Shown: positions 38,601 through 47,863 of the stretch, in pieces | Numbering within the stretch: the first letter of the stretch is position 1 | Layout of the letters: the number at the start of each line of letters is the position of its first letter | Assembly: GCA_965206595.1 (NCBI GenBank) | Contig: OZ242214.1 | Span: 3,616,001 to 3,680,000, forward strand | DNA: 64,000 bases | Direction of reading: 5' to 3' | Source: Candidatus Latescibacterota bacterium | Lineage (GTDB): Bacteria; Latescibacterota; UBA2968; UBA8231 | The notes under the pieces: generated by a model | What the model saw: the letters and a program-made list of their open reading frames with translations, nothing else | The model's database searches: none | Told to the model about the DNA's origin: nothing | Position numbers and translations under genes: made by a program

Positions 38601-41600
38601 GACGCCGGATTCGCCCGTTCCGGGTGGAGCCCCGAGCGACGATTCGTAATGGATGCCATGCCCCCCGTTCTCGGCGCTCACAGTACCAGCCGGGAGTTGG
38701 TGGGTCTGGATCAAACCATCACCCTGGCCCTGGAATTCACTGACGAGCACTCCGGTATCGATGCCTCGACGGCGCCCACCGTGCAGGCCGCGGTCGGCTC
38801 GGTCACCCTCGACTTCGAGCAGGTGCAGTTCACCGGGGGCACCTGGAGCGGCGAGTTGACGATCGCCGCGGGCGTGCCCTCCGGCACGGCGACGATCTCC
38901 GTGCGCGGAGTGCTGGACGGCAAGGGGAACGAGTTGATCCCCGTAGACCTCGCCGGTGCGTTCGAGGTAGACGCCGTTGCCCCCGAGGCCGTCGCCTTCG
39001 AACCGGCCTCCGGGGCCGGGGAGGTTCCGGTTTCCACTTCCGTGCTGATGGTCCGGTTCTCCGAGCCGATCGACGAGGCGACCGTAGATGAACGGAGTTT
39101 TTCACTCCGCTCGGGCGAGTCGGCAACGACGCCCCTGGCGGTCACGTACGACCCGGAGACCCACGTCGCCGTGCTGACCCCGGAGGGTGGCCTGCTTCCG
39201 GGTACGCTGTACACGGTCAAGGCCTCCGCTTCCGTTCGGGACCTGGCCGGCAACCGGCTCGCCGACACCATGAGCTGGAGCTTCAGCACGGCGGTGCCTC
39301 AGTTGCTGGAGACCAGCCCTGCCGACGGGGCCGAGGGCGTCGATCCCGCCACGGAAAGCATCGTCGCCGTCTTCGACGGCCCGCTGACGGCCGGCGCCCT
39401 CGACGCGCCCGGAGCGGTGCAGGTCCTGCGCGAGGGGGAGCCCCTCGACCTCGCCGAAGCGCCGATCTTCGACCCCGACAGCAACTCCCTTTCCATTGCA
39501 CTCGCGAGGGGCCTCGAGCCCGGAAGCCGCTACGAGGTCAACCTCGACGGCTCTCTCGCAGGTCCGCTGCGCCTGCTCGGCCAGGGAGACTTCCGCTGGA
39601 GCTTCACCACCGCGGCGCCACAGTTGCTGGAGACCAGCCCTGCCGACGGGGCCGAGGGCGTCGATCCCGCCACGGAGCGGATTACCGCCGTCTTCGACGG
39701 CCCCCTGGCCGCCAGCGCCCTCGATGCACCCGGAACGGTGCAGGTCCTGCGCGGAGAAGACCCGCTCGACCTGGCCGAGACACCGCTTTTCGACGCCGGG
39801 AGCAACTCCCTCTCCTTCGCCGTCGCCGGGGGTCTCCTCCCGGCAAGCCGCTACGAAGTCATCCTCGACGGCTCTCTCGCAGGTCCGCTGCGCCTGCTCG
39901 GCCAAGGAGACTTCCGCTGGAGCTTCACGACCGCGGCGCCACAGCTGCTGGAGACCCGTCCGACCGACGGGGAAACAGGCGTCGGTGTCGACCTCGCCGA
40001 AGCGACCGTGACCTTCAGTGTCTCCCTCGACCCTGACCAGATTACCGGCGACAACTTCCGGCTCCTGCGGGAAGGAGAGCCGGTAGCGCTTCGCTCCGGG
40101 GACCCGGCCGAACGCGATCCCGGCACCTATGCGCTGGCCCCCGAGACAGGGTGGCAGGTCGGCAGCTCCTACAGCGTCGAGATCGCCGCGGACGTCACCG
40201 GACAGCTGTCCAGTAGCGGGCCGATCTCGTGGAATTTCCAGACCGCAGTCCCGGTGGCGACCGAGCTCGCTCCGGCAGCCGGCGACGAAGCCGTTGCCAC
40301 CTCCACCCACGAGATAACGGCGGTGTTCGACTACCCGATCGACGAGACCGCCCTTGGCGCCGAGGGGGGGGGGCGCCTGCTTCTGGAGGGAAGCCCGGAG
40401 GCACTCGAGGAGCCTTCCTGGGACCCCGGCTCGCGAACGGTGACCCTTACCCCTGCGGCGGGGGGCCTCAGGGCGGGCTCGGCCTACACGGTGATCCTGT
40501 CCGCGGCCATCGCCGGACCGCGGGCCGGCGCGGAGACGCGCTGGAGCTTCAGCACGGTCGTCCCGTCTGTGGCCTCGACCGATCCCGCGGACGGCGCTTC
40601 GATCGCCGCGGGGCGCCGCCGCGTCGAGATCCTGTTCACCGCCCCGATCGACGCCGGCCTGGTGATGAATTCGAACAACTTCCGCCTCAGCAGGTCGGGT
40701 CAGCCGCTGCAGCTCGACGACGGGGACTTCCTCTACGACGAGGCGGCCAACAAGGTCAGCCTGCCCGAGGTCGACTTCCTCTCCGGCAGCTCCTACGAGG
40801 CCGCGGTCCTGCCCCGGGTGCGCGGGCCGCGCGGCGCCGACGCCGGGCCGTTCACCTGGAGCTTCAACACCGACCTGCCCGCGGTGGTGGCGACGTCGCC
40901 GCAGGCCGATGCTGAAGGGGTGTCGATAACCACCCAGGAGATCCGCATCGAGTTCTCGCTTCCGGTTGCGGTGCGGGACGGACGCGGGTTCACCCTGCTG
41001 GCGCGACAGCTCGAAGAGGTGCCTGAGGACGAAGAGACGGGGTTCGAGGTGACGGCTATTTCCGGCTTCGCCATCGACTCCGGTTTCAAGGTGGTCAGCT
41101 TCGCGCCTCGGGGAGGGCTGCGGCCGTTCACGGAATACCGGGTCAGCGTCGGCCCCGAAGTGTTCGGCGAGCTCGCCGACCGCGGCTTCGAGTTCGCATT
41201 TCGCACCGCCCCGCGGCTGACCGAGACGGCCAGCGGCGGCCTGCTCGCGACCGCGGACCGCAGGCTCGAGCTCTACCTGCCCCCCAACGCCCTCGCCGGC
41301 GGCAGCGGTGAGATCGCCATCCGGACGCGGCCGGATGACCGCGCCGAGGACGCCCGTTCCCCGGACCTCACCCCTGTCGGGCCGGCCTTCGAAATCGACG
41401 CCGGCGACGGGGTTCTGCGCAAACCCGGGACCCTGACCCTGCGCTACGAAGCCGGCGATGTCGAGGGACGCGACACCTCGCGCCTGGCGATCTTCCGCCT
41501 CGTCGACGGCGAATGGAGGCGAGTCGGCGGCACCTCCGCCCCGGCCGAGCGGGAAGTGCGGACCGCGGTCGAGGATTTCGGGACCTACGGCATCTTCGAA

Positions 41601-41933
41601 GACCTCACCGCGACTGCCGGCGCCGCGGCCATCGACGGCATCGACTGCCAGCCCCGCGCCTTCGCCCCTGCCGGAGGAAGCGGGGCGCTGCGCGACAGGA
41701 CCGACATCTCGTTCGACCTCGCCGCGGCTGCCGACGTGAGCGTCCGCGTCTACAACGCTTCCGGGCGCCTGGAGCGTGTGATCGCCCGCGACCGCCCGCT
41801 GGCTCCCGGGCGCCAGTCGCTGACCTGGAACGGCCGGGACGAGGAGGGAAAGGTGGTCGCCAGCGGCCTCTACATCGTCGTCGTCAGCGGCGGCGACATA
41901 CAGTCGGAAAAAATCGTGGCAGTAGTGCGATGA
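35601..41933 (+). CDS. 2110-aa surface protein: two (FG-GAP propeller + FN3-like) units, several Big_5/Ig-like domains and a C-terminal FlgD-Ig domain
   Basis: About 14 W.DYDNDGD.DL repeats; L.YNLR.G...Y.WSVQAVD.GFARS twice; F..P.D...L.PG..Y.V...WSF.T repeats; C-terminal VSVRVYNASGRL...LTWNGRDEEG..VASGLYI. Confidence 0.85.
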   Translation: MKSSFPENRLVFLMHRAAARALQAALLWSALSVPPAWTQKLQDSQLELPGVWAGQAAWGDYDGDGDPDLLLVGETESGGQCLRIARVLRNDAGLLTEDVAQSQRLVGVYFGDAGWADYDGDGDLDAAIAGWDADDLGSLRLYINGAGPEEGERLLTPDMTQVDDAGNSNFRAIRYADLSWTDFDRDGDLDLTVTGLEGNGTSLTHLYRNRGGLLVLDEANSEALVNVHNGDLAWADYDNDGDLDLALSGENVISDNVTRITEFYRNDPIGNLELDVSVAAAPRAKGGSLAWADYDNDGNLDLALSGRGDSWAVKLLLYRNRPAGTLGLDDGFSLNPFQTIDGQLAWVDYDNDGDQDLAVSGRTLLSDHRAQVFDNDGGTVTSGAVENLEGLAGGAAVWGDYDGDGRVDLLLSGIDQSGARRTVIYGNRGVATPNREPSAPATLHLVQVTSTRALFSWPAGEDVESPALSYNLRIGTRQAGGDVLSASLPPGPGNAGLRTSYVLERSLPPNRYYWSVQAVDGGFARSPFSTEGSFVVEELVSSDQSLRNLEEASMSWGDIDDDGDADLAVMGRNRSGEARTLIYVNEAGELGLNLGAGVTPLRNGDLAWGDYDNDGDLDLAVTGQDGFGTPHSELFATEVHGGEVSFERAGAFPDLSLSSVEWGDADADGDLDLVLMGLGSDVDGATRSHTQLWLNDGEGGFAEAQKDLVGLHDGEAAWADADGDGDSDLAVTGTSSAGTPELRLYLNDGSGPGTGLLSLTGLESSDLAWGDWDRDGDPDLLASGTGDGGMATTLWENDGGSFTEAADAGLPGISDGDLAWGDYDNDQDLDIAITGNDGSQAILQIWENTIGRTGAGGPFEQVALEALHGVQLSAAAFADIEEDGDLDLVSAGRGATGSPLSAINENLTARFNPNFPPRNPSGLEADDLTGGVVLSWQVSGDDGAPPPESLTYNLRVGVTSRGNEVISGLGEVGPGNNGHLTERTLVGLESGTYFWSVQAVDAGFARSGWSPERRFVMDAMPPVLGAHSTSRELVGLDQTITLALEFTDEHSGIDASTAPTVQAAVGSVTLDFEQVQFTGGTWSGELTIAAGVPSGTATISVRGVLDGKGNELIPVDLAGAFEVDAVAPEAVAFEPASGAGEVPVSTSVLMVRFSEPIDEATVDERSFSLRSGESATTPLAVTYDPETHVAVLTPEGGLLPGTLYTVKASASVRDLAGNRLADTMSWSFSTAVPQLLETSPADGAEGVDPATESIVAVFDGPLTAGALDAPGAVQVLREGEPLDLAEAPIFDPDSNSLSIALARGLEPGSRYEVNLDGSLAGPLRLLGQGDFRWSFTTAAPQLLETSPADGAEGVDPATERITAVFDGPLAASALDAPGTVQVLRGEDPLDLAETPLFDAGSNSLSFAVAGGLLPASRYEVILDGSLAGPLRLLGQGDFRWSFTTAAPQLLETRPTDGETGVGVDLAEATVTFSVSLDPDQITGDNFRLLREGEPVALRSGDPAERDPGTYALAPETGWQVGSSYSVEIAADVTGQLSSSGPISWNFQTAVPVATELAPAAGDEAVATSTHEITAVFDYPIDETALGAEGGGRLLLEGSPEALEEPSWDPGSRTVTLTPAAGGLRAGSAYTVILSAAIAGPRAGAETRWSFSTVVPSVASTDPADGASIAAGRRRVEILFTAPIDAGLVMNSNNFRLSRSGQPLQLDDGDFLYDEAANKVSLPEVDFLSGSSYEAAVLPRVRGPRGADAGPFTWSFNTDLPAVVATSPQADAEGVSITTQEIRIEFSLPVAVRDGRGFTLLARQLEEVPEDEETGFEVTAISGFAIDSGFKVVSFAPRGGLRPFTEYRVSVGPEVFGELADRGFEFAFRTAPRLTETASGGLLATADRRLELYLPPNALAGGSGEIAIRTRPDDRAEDARSPDLTPVGPAFEIDAGDGVLRKPGTLTLRYEAGDVEGRDTSRLAIFRLVDGEWRRVGGTSAPAEREVRTAVEDFGTYGIFEDLTATAGAAAIDGIDCQPRAFAPAGGSGALRDRTDISFDLAAAADVSVRVYNASGRLERVIARDRPLAPGRQSLTWNGRDEEGKVVASGLYIVVVSGGDIQSEKIVAVVR
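39300..39957 (+). repeat. Intragenic tandem duplication, 321-bp period (107-aa Ig domain)
   Basis: CAGTTGCTGGAGACCAGCCCTGCCGACGGGGCCGAGGGCGTCGATCCCGCCACGGA at 39300 and 39621. A third unit starts at 39942 and diverges. Confidence 0.9.
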
Positions 41934-43366
41934 GGGTGGCCCGGGGGATCCTAGCGGCGCTCTTGATGGCGGCGGCGGCGGCCGCATCGGGGCAGACCTT
42001 CACCAACGTCACCGAAGCGAGCGGCGCCGCAGTCGGCCTCCACGGTACGGCAGGGGCCTGGGGAGATTTCGACGGCGACGGCGATCTCGACCTCTACGTC
42101 GCCAACCGCGGGGCCGCCAACGCCCTGCTGGCGAACAACGGCGACGACACCTTCGCAGACGTCGCCGCGGCTGCCGGGGTCGACGAGGACGGCGACAGCG
42201 TCGCGGCCGCCTGGGGAGATTTTGACAACGACGGCGACCTCGACCTCTACATCGCCGACTTCTTCGCCCAGGACTTCCTCTACGAGAACTCCGGCGGCAG
42301 CTTCTCCGAGGTCGGCAGGGCCCGCGCAATGGTCGACCTCACCAGGCACGGGAGCGTGACCTCGGCGGCCTGGGGGGACTACGACAGCGACGGGTACCTC
42401 GACCTCTACATCGGCAAGTTCTACCACGCCAACGAGCTCTACCGCAACGACGCCGGCAGCCTGGAGCCGACCATCGGCCTGGGGACCGGGGACCAGCGCG
42501 ACACCGGCGGGCTGACCTGGGTCGACTACGACAACGACGGCGACCTCGACCTCTACACCGTCAACCGCGAGCAGGAGAACGGCCTCTTCCGCAACGATCT
42601 CGACGCCGGCGGCGACTTCGAGGCGATCGCCTGCGCGGCGACGGTGGACAACACCGAGATCGGCCAGGCCGGCGCCTGGGGGGATTTCGACAACGACGGC
42701 GACCTCGACTTGCACCTCGCCAACGTCGGCGCCAACAACCTGTACCGAAACGACGGGGAGGACCGATTCAGCGACATCGCCGCCGCCGCCGGGGTGCGCA
42801 GCAGCGGCTCCGGATTCCTCACCGCCATGTCGGCATGGCTCGACTTCAACGGCGACGGCCACCTCGACCTCTTCCTCGCCAACGGCGCCGAGCTGGAGCT
42901 GCCCGATGTGCTCTTCGCCAACAACGGAGACGACACCTTCCGCGACGCCACCGCCGAAGCCGGACTGCCGACCACAGGCTCCTCCCACCTGTCGGCCAGC
43001 CGGGGGGACATCGACGGCGACGGGGCTCCCGATCTCTACCTCACCAACGGCGCCGCCCTGGGGAACCGCCTCTTCCGGAACGCCACCGGAGGCTCTGCCT
43101 TCATCAAGGTGCACGTGCGCGGCAAGGGCCCAGGCGCCGGCGGCAACAACTTCTTCGGACTCGGGGCGCAGGTCCGCCTTTTCGACGCCGTCACCGACAC
43201 GCTGGTCTCCTTCACCCAGATGCTGTCCGGCCCCGGGGCTCCGGAGGTGATCTTCGGAGCCCCTGCAGGGCCCTACAACGTCCAGGTCCGGTTCCCGGGA
43301 AACGAGATCCCGATGATCGTCGGCAACGTGCGCGGCGGCGACAGCATCACCATCGAGGAGCCATAG
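41930..43366 (+). CDS. Secreted FG-GAP/CRTAC1-like beta-propeller
   Basis: ATGA overlap with the upstream gene, signal peptide, about seven WGDFDxDGDLDL repeats and a degenerate ASPIC/UnbV-like tail. Confidence 0.85.
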   Translation: MRVARGILAALLMAAAAAASGQTFTNVTEASGAAVGLHGTAGAWGDFDGDGDLDLYVANRGAANALLANNGDDTFADVAAAAGVDEDGDSVAAAWGDFDNDGDLDLYIADFFAQDFLYENSGGSFSEVGRARAMVDLTRHGSVTSAAWGDYDSDGYLDLYIGKFYHANELYRNDAGSLEPTIGLGTGDQRDTGGLTWVDYDNDGDLDLYTVNREQENGLFRNDLDAGGDFEAIACAATVDNTEIGQAGAWGDFDNDGDLDLHLANVGANNLYRNDGEDRFSDIAAAAGVRSSGSGFLTAMSAWLDFNGDGHLDLFLANGAELELPDVLFANNGDDTFRDATAEAGLPTTGSSHLSASRGDIDGDGAPDLYLTNGAALGNRLFRNATGGSAFIKVHVRGKGPGAGGNNFFGLGAQVRLFDAVTDTLVSFTQMLSGPGAPEVIFGAPAGPYNVQVRFPGNEIPMIVGNVRGGDSITIEEP

Positions 43367-45750
43367 TGGCCGCGGCAACGACATCGTCAGGGCGGCTGGC
43401 TGCCGCGGCCGCGGCTCTCTGCCTGTTGTGCGCCCCCCTGTACGGGGCGGCATCCAGGCAGCCGGACATCGGGGTGCGCGCCATTTCCATGGGCGGCGCC
43501 TTCGTCGCCGCGGCCAGCGACGCCACCGCGATCCACTGGAACCCCGCGGCCATCGCCACCCTGCAGCGCCAGCAGGTCCGGCTCTCCTATGCCGACCGCT
43601 TCGGTCTGGATCTGCGCGAATCCTACTTGTCGTACGTGCTGCCCCTCACCGAGAGTCACGCCTTCGGGGCCGACTGGTTCCACCGCGGCTTCGACGACGT
43701 CGAGGGCGGTCTCGGACTCGATGCGAGCCATAACCGTTTCGGCTTCGCCTACGGGTACCGCAACGACATCGAACGGCGACGCTACATCGGCGACAGCGCC
43801 GTCGGCGTGACGGCTCGCTACATTGGCCAGAGGGCCAGCCTCGATGGCGCCACGGCGATGGACGCGAGCGGCTTCGGCTTCGACGCTGGACTGCTGGTCC
43901 CCGTGACAACGGGCCTGCGCTTCGGGCTTGCGGTCCAGGATATCGGCGGCACCGCGGTCGAACACGAGAGCGGCTTCAGGGAGGACATCATGTCCACCCA
44001 CCTGCGCCTGGGCATTGCCTACAAACCACCGCTGGGAGGACTGACGCTGGCGGCGGACCTCGACGACCACTTCCGCGCCGGGGCCGAGTACTGGATCAGC
44101 CGGCAGCTGGCGCTGCGCGCCGGCCTGAAGTCCGAGGTAGGAACCCCCGAAAGCCGCGGACAGGCGACCTCCATCAACGCGGGATTCGGCCTCAAGAACC
44201 GCTTCGTGCAGCTCGATTACGCCTACGAGAATCCCCCCGTTCTCGGCGCGACGCACTACGTCTCCGTGGCCCTGGAGTACGACCCGGACGCCGTCAGCAT
44301 CAAGGAGGCGAGCATTCGTCCGAGACCGGTCTTCCGCTCCCTGTACCAGCACTACCGGGAAACCGACTTCTTCGAGGTCGTGCTCTCGAACTCCGCCTCC
44401 GAGCCGATCACCGTCATCGTGGCGTTGGTGCTTCCCAAGGCGATGGCCGCGGCGCACACCGAGAAGATCGAGCTGCCGCCCCAGAGCACGGAGAAATACC
44501 GCTTCGAGGCGGACTTCGACGAGGAACTCTTCAACAGGCCGGAGGCCTATTTCGACAACTACGTCACCCCGGTCGTGCGGGTGCGCTACACCCGCCACGA
44601 ACAGAACTACCTGGTCGAGAAGCGGCTCGAGCGCGTCTACCTCGCCGGCAAGGGGAAGCTGAGCTGGAACGTCGAAGGGATGGCGGCAGCCTTCGTCACC
44701 CCCGCCGACATCGCCGTCGCCGCGGTGGCGCGTGGCCTGGTACAGCGCTACCGCGAACTGCTGGCCGGCAAGTTCAACACCTCAAACATCGGCATGGCCG
44801 CGGTGCTGTTCGACGCCATGGGCGCCTACGGGATCCGCTACGAGGCCGACCCCGAGACGCCGTTCGCCAACGTCTCCGAGGACCGCACCATCTTCGACAC
44901 CGTGCAGTACCCGAGCGAGCTGCTCAGCCTCCCTGAAGGGGGCGGAGACTGCGACGACCTCACCCTGCTCTACGCGTCGCTGCTGGAAAACCTGGGGATC
45001 GACACCGCCTTCCTCGACACCAGGGAACCGGGCAGGGGCCGCATCTACCTGATGTTCGACAGCGGCGTGCTTCCCGAGGAGGCCGGGGATCACTTCGTCA
45101 GCCGCGCCGAATACGTCGAGTGGGAAGGCCGCATCTGGATCCCGGTGGAGACGACTTTGTTCGGATCGACCTTCAGCGAGGCCTGGAAAACGGGGGCTGC
45201 CGAGTACAAGCGGCTCAAGGTGCGCGACCTGATCTCGGAGACCTATGTGGCCAGGTGGATGCAAACCTACAAACCCGCGGTGCTGGCCCCGGTCGCCCCC
45301 GAGCTGCCCGCGCCAGCGGCCGTCTCCCGGCTGCTCTCCGGCGACACGGCCTTTTTCGACAAGCGCGCCGACCGGATCGTTCTCGGGTCGGCCTCCTCTC
45401 TCCGCCATCCAGAGGGGGCGTACGAAGCCGGCGTCGCCTACATGCGCGCCAACCACCTCGAGAAGGCGGTCCAAATGTTCGACCGCGTCCTGAGGATGGA
45501 CCCGGACCACGAGGATGCCCCCAACGCAAAGGGGGTCGCGCTGAGCAAACAGGGCCGCTACGACGAAGCGCTCGCGCTCTACCGCCAGGCACTCGAAATC
45601 GCCGACAGGCCCGCGGTACGCATGAACGTCGCCATCGCCTACTATCTCAAGGGAGAGCGGGAGACCGCCTCCATGATATTCGACGAGGTGGTGCAGCTCG
45701 ACGACTCCTACCGCGAGCTGTTCGAGTTCCTCGGAGGAGCCGGGTTTTGA
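43366..45750 (+). CDS. PorV/PorQ(UPF0164)-like beta-barrel fused to a transglutaminase-like domain and TPRs
   Basis: GVRAISMGGAFVAAASDATAIHWNPAA, GFGFDAGL, GAEYW...LALRAG, QLDYAY; then DTVQYP.E.L...GDCDDL..LYASLLENLGI and WIPVETT; C-terminal TPRs. Confidence 0.75.
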   Translation: MAAATTSSGRLAAAAAALCLLCAPLYGAASRQPDIGVRAISMGGAFVAAASDATAIHWNPAAIATLQRQQVRLSYADRFGLDLRESYLSYVLPLTESHAFGADWFHRGFDDVEGGLGLDASHNRFGFAYGYRNDIERRRYIGDSAVGVTARYIGQRASLDGATAMDASGFGFDAGLLVPVTTGLRFGLAVQDIGGTAVEHESGFREDIMSTHLRLGIAYKPPLGGLTLAADLDDHFRAGAEYWISRQLALRAGLKSEVGTPESRGQATSINAGFGLKNRFVQLDYAYENPPVLGATHYVSVALEYDPDAVSIKEASIRPRPVFRSLYQHYRETDFFEVVLSNSASEPITVIVALVLPKAMAAAHTEKIELPPQSTEKYRFEADFDEELFNRPEAYFDNYVTPVVRVRYTRHEQNYLVEKRLERVYLAGKGKLSWNVEGMAAAFVTPADIAVAAVARGLVQRYRELLAGKFNTSNIGMAAVLFDAMGAYGIRYEADPETPFANVSEDRTIFDTVQYPSELLSLPEGGGDCDDLTLLYASLLENLGIDTAFLDTREPGRGRIYLMFDSGVLPEEAGDHFVSRAEYVEWEGRIWIPVETTLFGSTFSEAWKTGAAEYKRLKVRDLISETYVARWMQTYKPAVLAPVAPELPAPAAVSRLLSGDTAFFDKRADRIVLGSASSLRHPEGAYEAGVAYMRANHLEKAVQMFDRVLRMDPDHEDAPNAKGVALSKQGRYDEALALYRQALEIADRPAVRMNVAIAYYLKGERETASMIFDEVVQLDDSYRELFEFLGGAGF

Positions 45751-45851
45751 CCGGAGGCAGTACGAAATCGCGAACTGGCGCCCCGTCCGGGGGTTGCCCG
45801 CCCCCGCCTGCAGGCCGCTTTCAGCGGCAGCCGAAAGAGAGGAAGCGAATC

Positions 45852-46376
45852 GTGAAATCCCCACCGTGGTTCTTTTGCTTCGGCCTGGCACTTCTGGCCG
45901 GGCCGGCAGCGCTCGCCGGGGAGAAGCTGCCCGCCCAGCCGTTGCCCCCGGCGGTCTCCGGGACGTTGAGTATCGACGAGGAATGGCTCCACGCTGTCTG
46001 GACCCAGGTCGACGAGATGGTGAAGGAGGAACGCAGGCGGAAAAAAACGGTCTCGAGCGCGGGTGTGCCCCCGGCCAGGCAGAAGATCGGTCTTCTCGAC
46101 AGGCTGTATTTCCGGGGAGGGAAGCGCTACCCGGAGCGGGAAAAGATACGCCAGGCGATCGCCGTCCTCGAGGAGGCAGCCGCGGGAAATCCGAAGGGCG
46201 AGGGCGCCCCGAGGCGGATATACCTCATCGCCCAGTGCTACCAGAAACTGGGCGGACTGGTCGAGGCAAACGGCCTCTACACCCGGCTGACCCGGGATCA
46301 CGCCGGAACTCCCTGGGCCGCCAGGGCGTCCAGAGCACTGGCGAAGCTGGCCGAAGCGGGCAGCACGATCAGGTAG
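45852..46376 (+). CDS. Secreted small TPR-like protein
   Basis: Signal peptide (GLALLAGPAALA) and one TPR-like helix pair (YLIAQCYQKLG...Y..L..DHAGTPWA). Confidence 0.6.
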   Translation: MKSPPWFFCFGLALLAGPAALAGEKLPAQPLPPAVSGTLSIDEEWLHAVWTQVDEMVKEERRRKKTVSSAGVPPARQKIGLLDRLYFRGGKRYPEREKIRQAIAVLEEAAAGNPKGEGAPRRIYLIAQCYQKLGGLVEANGLYTRLTRDHAGTPWAARASRALAKLAEAGSTIR

Positions 46377-46503
46377 GCAGCGCAGCCCCGGCCTCACCAT
46401 TGCTTATATTTTTTCGAGGTTTCAACTCCGACTTCACGTAATCAGGGGCGACGATCGGGGAACGCCAGATCGAAGCCCTTCGCGTCGAAAGCACAGATAC
46501 GAG

Positions 46504-47202
46504 ATGATCAGACTCACCTGCCGGTGTCGAGCCCGGTTCTCTCTCTTCCCCTTACTCCTCGCCGTTGCCGCGCTTTGCGCCTGTGCCGCCCCGGGCAGCG
46601 AGCTGTCGCAGCGCATGGAGACTTCCGAGTCCGAAATTCGCGAGGAGATCGAAGCGCTGAAACGGGCCGCCGAGTCTTCCTACGACCGCGAAAGGGCGCT
46701 CGCCGAGCGCGTCCAGAGGCTCGAGGAGGGGTACGCGCGGATGGAGTCGGGGCCCGAGGAGCGTACGGACTACCCGGCTGCCCCCGAGCCACAACCCGCC
46801 CCGATAGTCCGGGGCAGCGAGAGCTTCGACGTCCAGGACGCCTACGACCGGGCCTACCAGCTGTACGGGGACCTCCAGTACGAAGCCGCCCTCGCCGGCT
46901 TTGGCGAAATCGTCTCGCGGGCGGCGAACAGCGAGTGGAGCGACAATGCCCGTTACTGGATGGGGGAATGCCAGTACGGCCTGGGGAAATACCGCCTGGC
47001 CCTGGCCGAATTCACCAAGGTCTTCAGCTACATGGAGACCGAGAAAGCGGACGACGCCCAGCTCAAGATCGCCCGCTGCTACCTTGCCCTCGGGGAGAAG
47101 GAGAACGCCCTGAGCGCCATCCGGAAACTCCTGGACGAATACCCGGACAGTGAGTACATCGGGGCTGCCCGCAAGGAAATGAGGTACCTCGAGGGCCCGT
47201 GA
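46504..47202 (+). CDS. CpoB/YbgF-like coiled-coil TPR lipoprotein
   Basis: Lipobox LCAC, coiled coil, DNARYWMGEC, KADDAQLKIA, LLDEYPDS. Confidence 0.75.
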   Translation: MIRLTCRCRARFSLFPLLLAVAALCACAAPGSELSQRMETSESEIREEIEALKRAAESSYDRERALAERVQRLEEGYARMESGPEERTDYPAAPEPQPAPIVRGSESFDVQDAYDRAYQLYGDLQYEAALAGFGEIVSRAANSEWSDNARYWMGECQYGLGKYRLALAEFTKVFSYMETEKADDAQLKIARCYLALGEKENALSAIRKLLDEYPDSEYIGAARKEMRYLEGP

Positions 47203-47819
47203 ACATCGCATCACTCCTGTTGATGGCGGGAGCCTGGGTAGTCGCTCCGGGCCTCGATTACGCCGAGGCGACTTACATTCCCACCAACATCGATCTGACG
47301 GTCCGGGCGACCGAGGTAGCCGTGGCCGAATGCCTGGCCGGGCTCGACTCGCTTCACTCGGAGACCGACTGGGAACTCCCTGTCCTGGTGACGGCGCAGT
47401 CGGAACACGACGCCAACTGGGTCGTGGAGCACTGCCTGACAGGAGGACTACTGAAGCGGAACTTCACGGTCGCCGTCGACACCTCGGGCGCGGCTCCGGA
47501 ATCCCCCCGTCTGGCCTACCGGATCGTCGACCTCGGCCTATCGGGCTGGTCCGGCCTGCGCGGCGGCGAGGTCAAGCGCCGCTGCCGGATGACCCTCCGC
47601 CTGCGCCTGGTCTCCGCCGGGGAGCTGGTCTGGCAGCACGAAGCGACCTCCCAGATTCGCGACGGCATACCGAAGAACCGGCTGGAAGTGGTGGAAAACG
47701 AAACCTACGATTTCGCCGATCTGGAGCTCGAGGAGCGCAGCTGGGGCCGTTTCGTCGAACCTGCCATCGTCTCCAGCGTGCTCGGCACCCTCGTCTACCT
47801 GTTCTACTCCAACCGCTGA
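47199..47819 (+). CDS. Hypothetical exported protein with C-terminal hydrophobic helix
   Basis: GTGA-coupled to the upstream gene; ends FVEPAIVSSVLGTLVYLFYSNR. Confidence 0.65.
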   Translation: MNIASLLLMAGAWVVAPGLDYAEATYIPTNIDLTVRATEVAVAECLAGLDSLHSETDWELPVLVTAQSEHDANWVVEHCLTGGLLKRNFTVAVDTSGAAPESPRLAYRIVDLGLSGWSGLRGGEVKRRCRMTLRLRLVSAGELVWQHEATSQIRDGIPKNRLEVVENETYDFADLELEERSWGRFVEPAIVSSVLGTLVYLFYSNR

Positions 47820-47863
47820 TGGGGCTCCGACCTTCCCAGCCGCAGAGCCGCCGACGCGGAGTC

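Noticed and set aside
35770-43030. Recurrent GACTACGACAACGACGGCGACCTCGAC repeats as a possible CRISPR or DGR array
   Set aside because: They are in-frame codons for FG-GAP DYDNDGDLD motifs, degenerate and irregularly spaced. No cas or reverse transcriptase genes are present.
39102-43453. 961-aa and 500-aa minus-strand ORFs
   Set aside because: Antisense to the FG-GAP/Ig genes. The repetitive VEVAVVV pattern is simply the reverse complement of GAC/AAC/GGC-rich codons.
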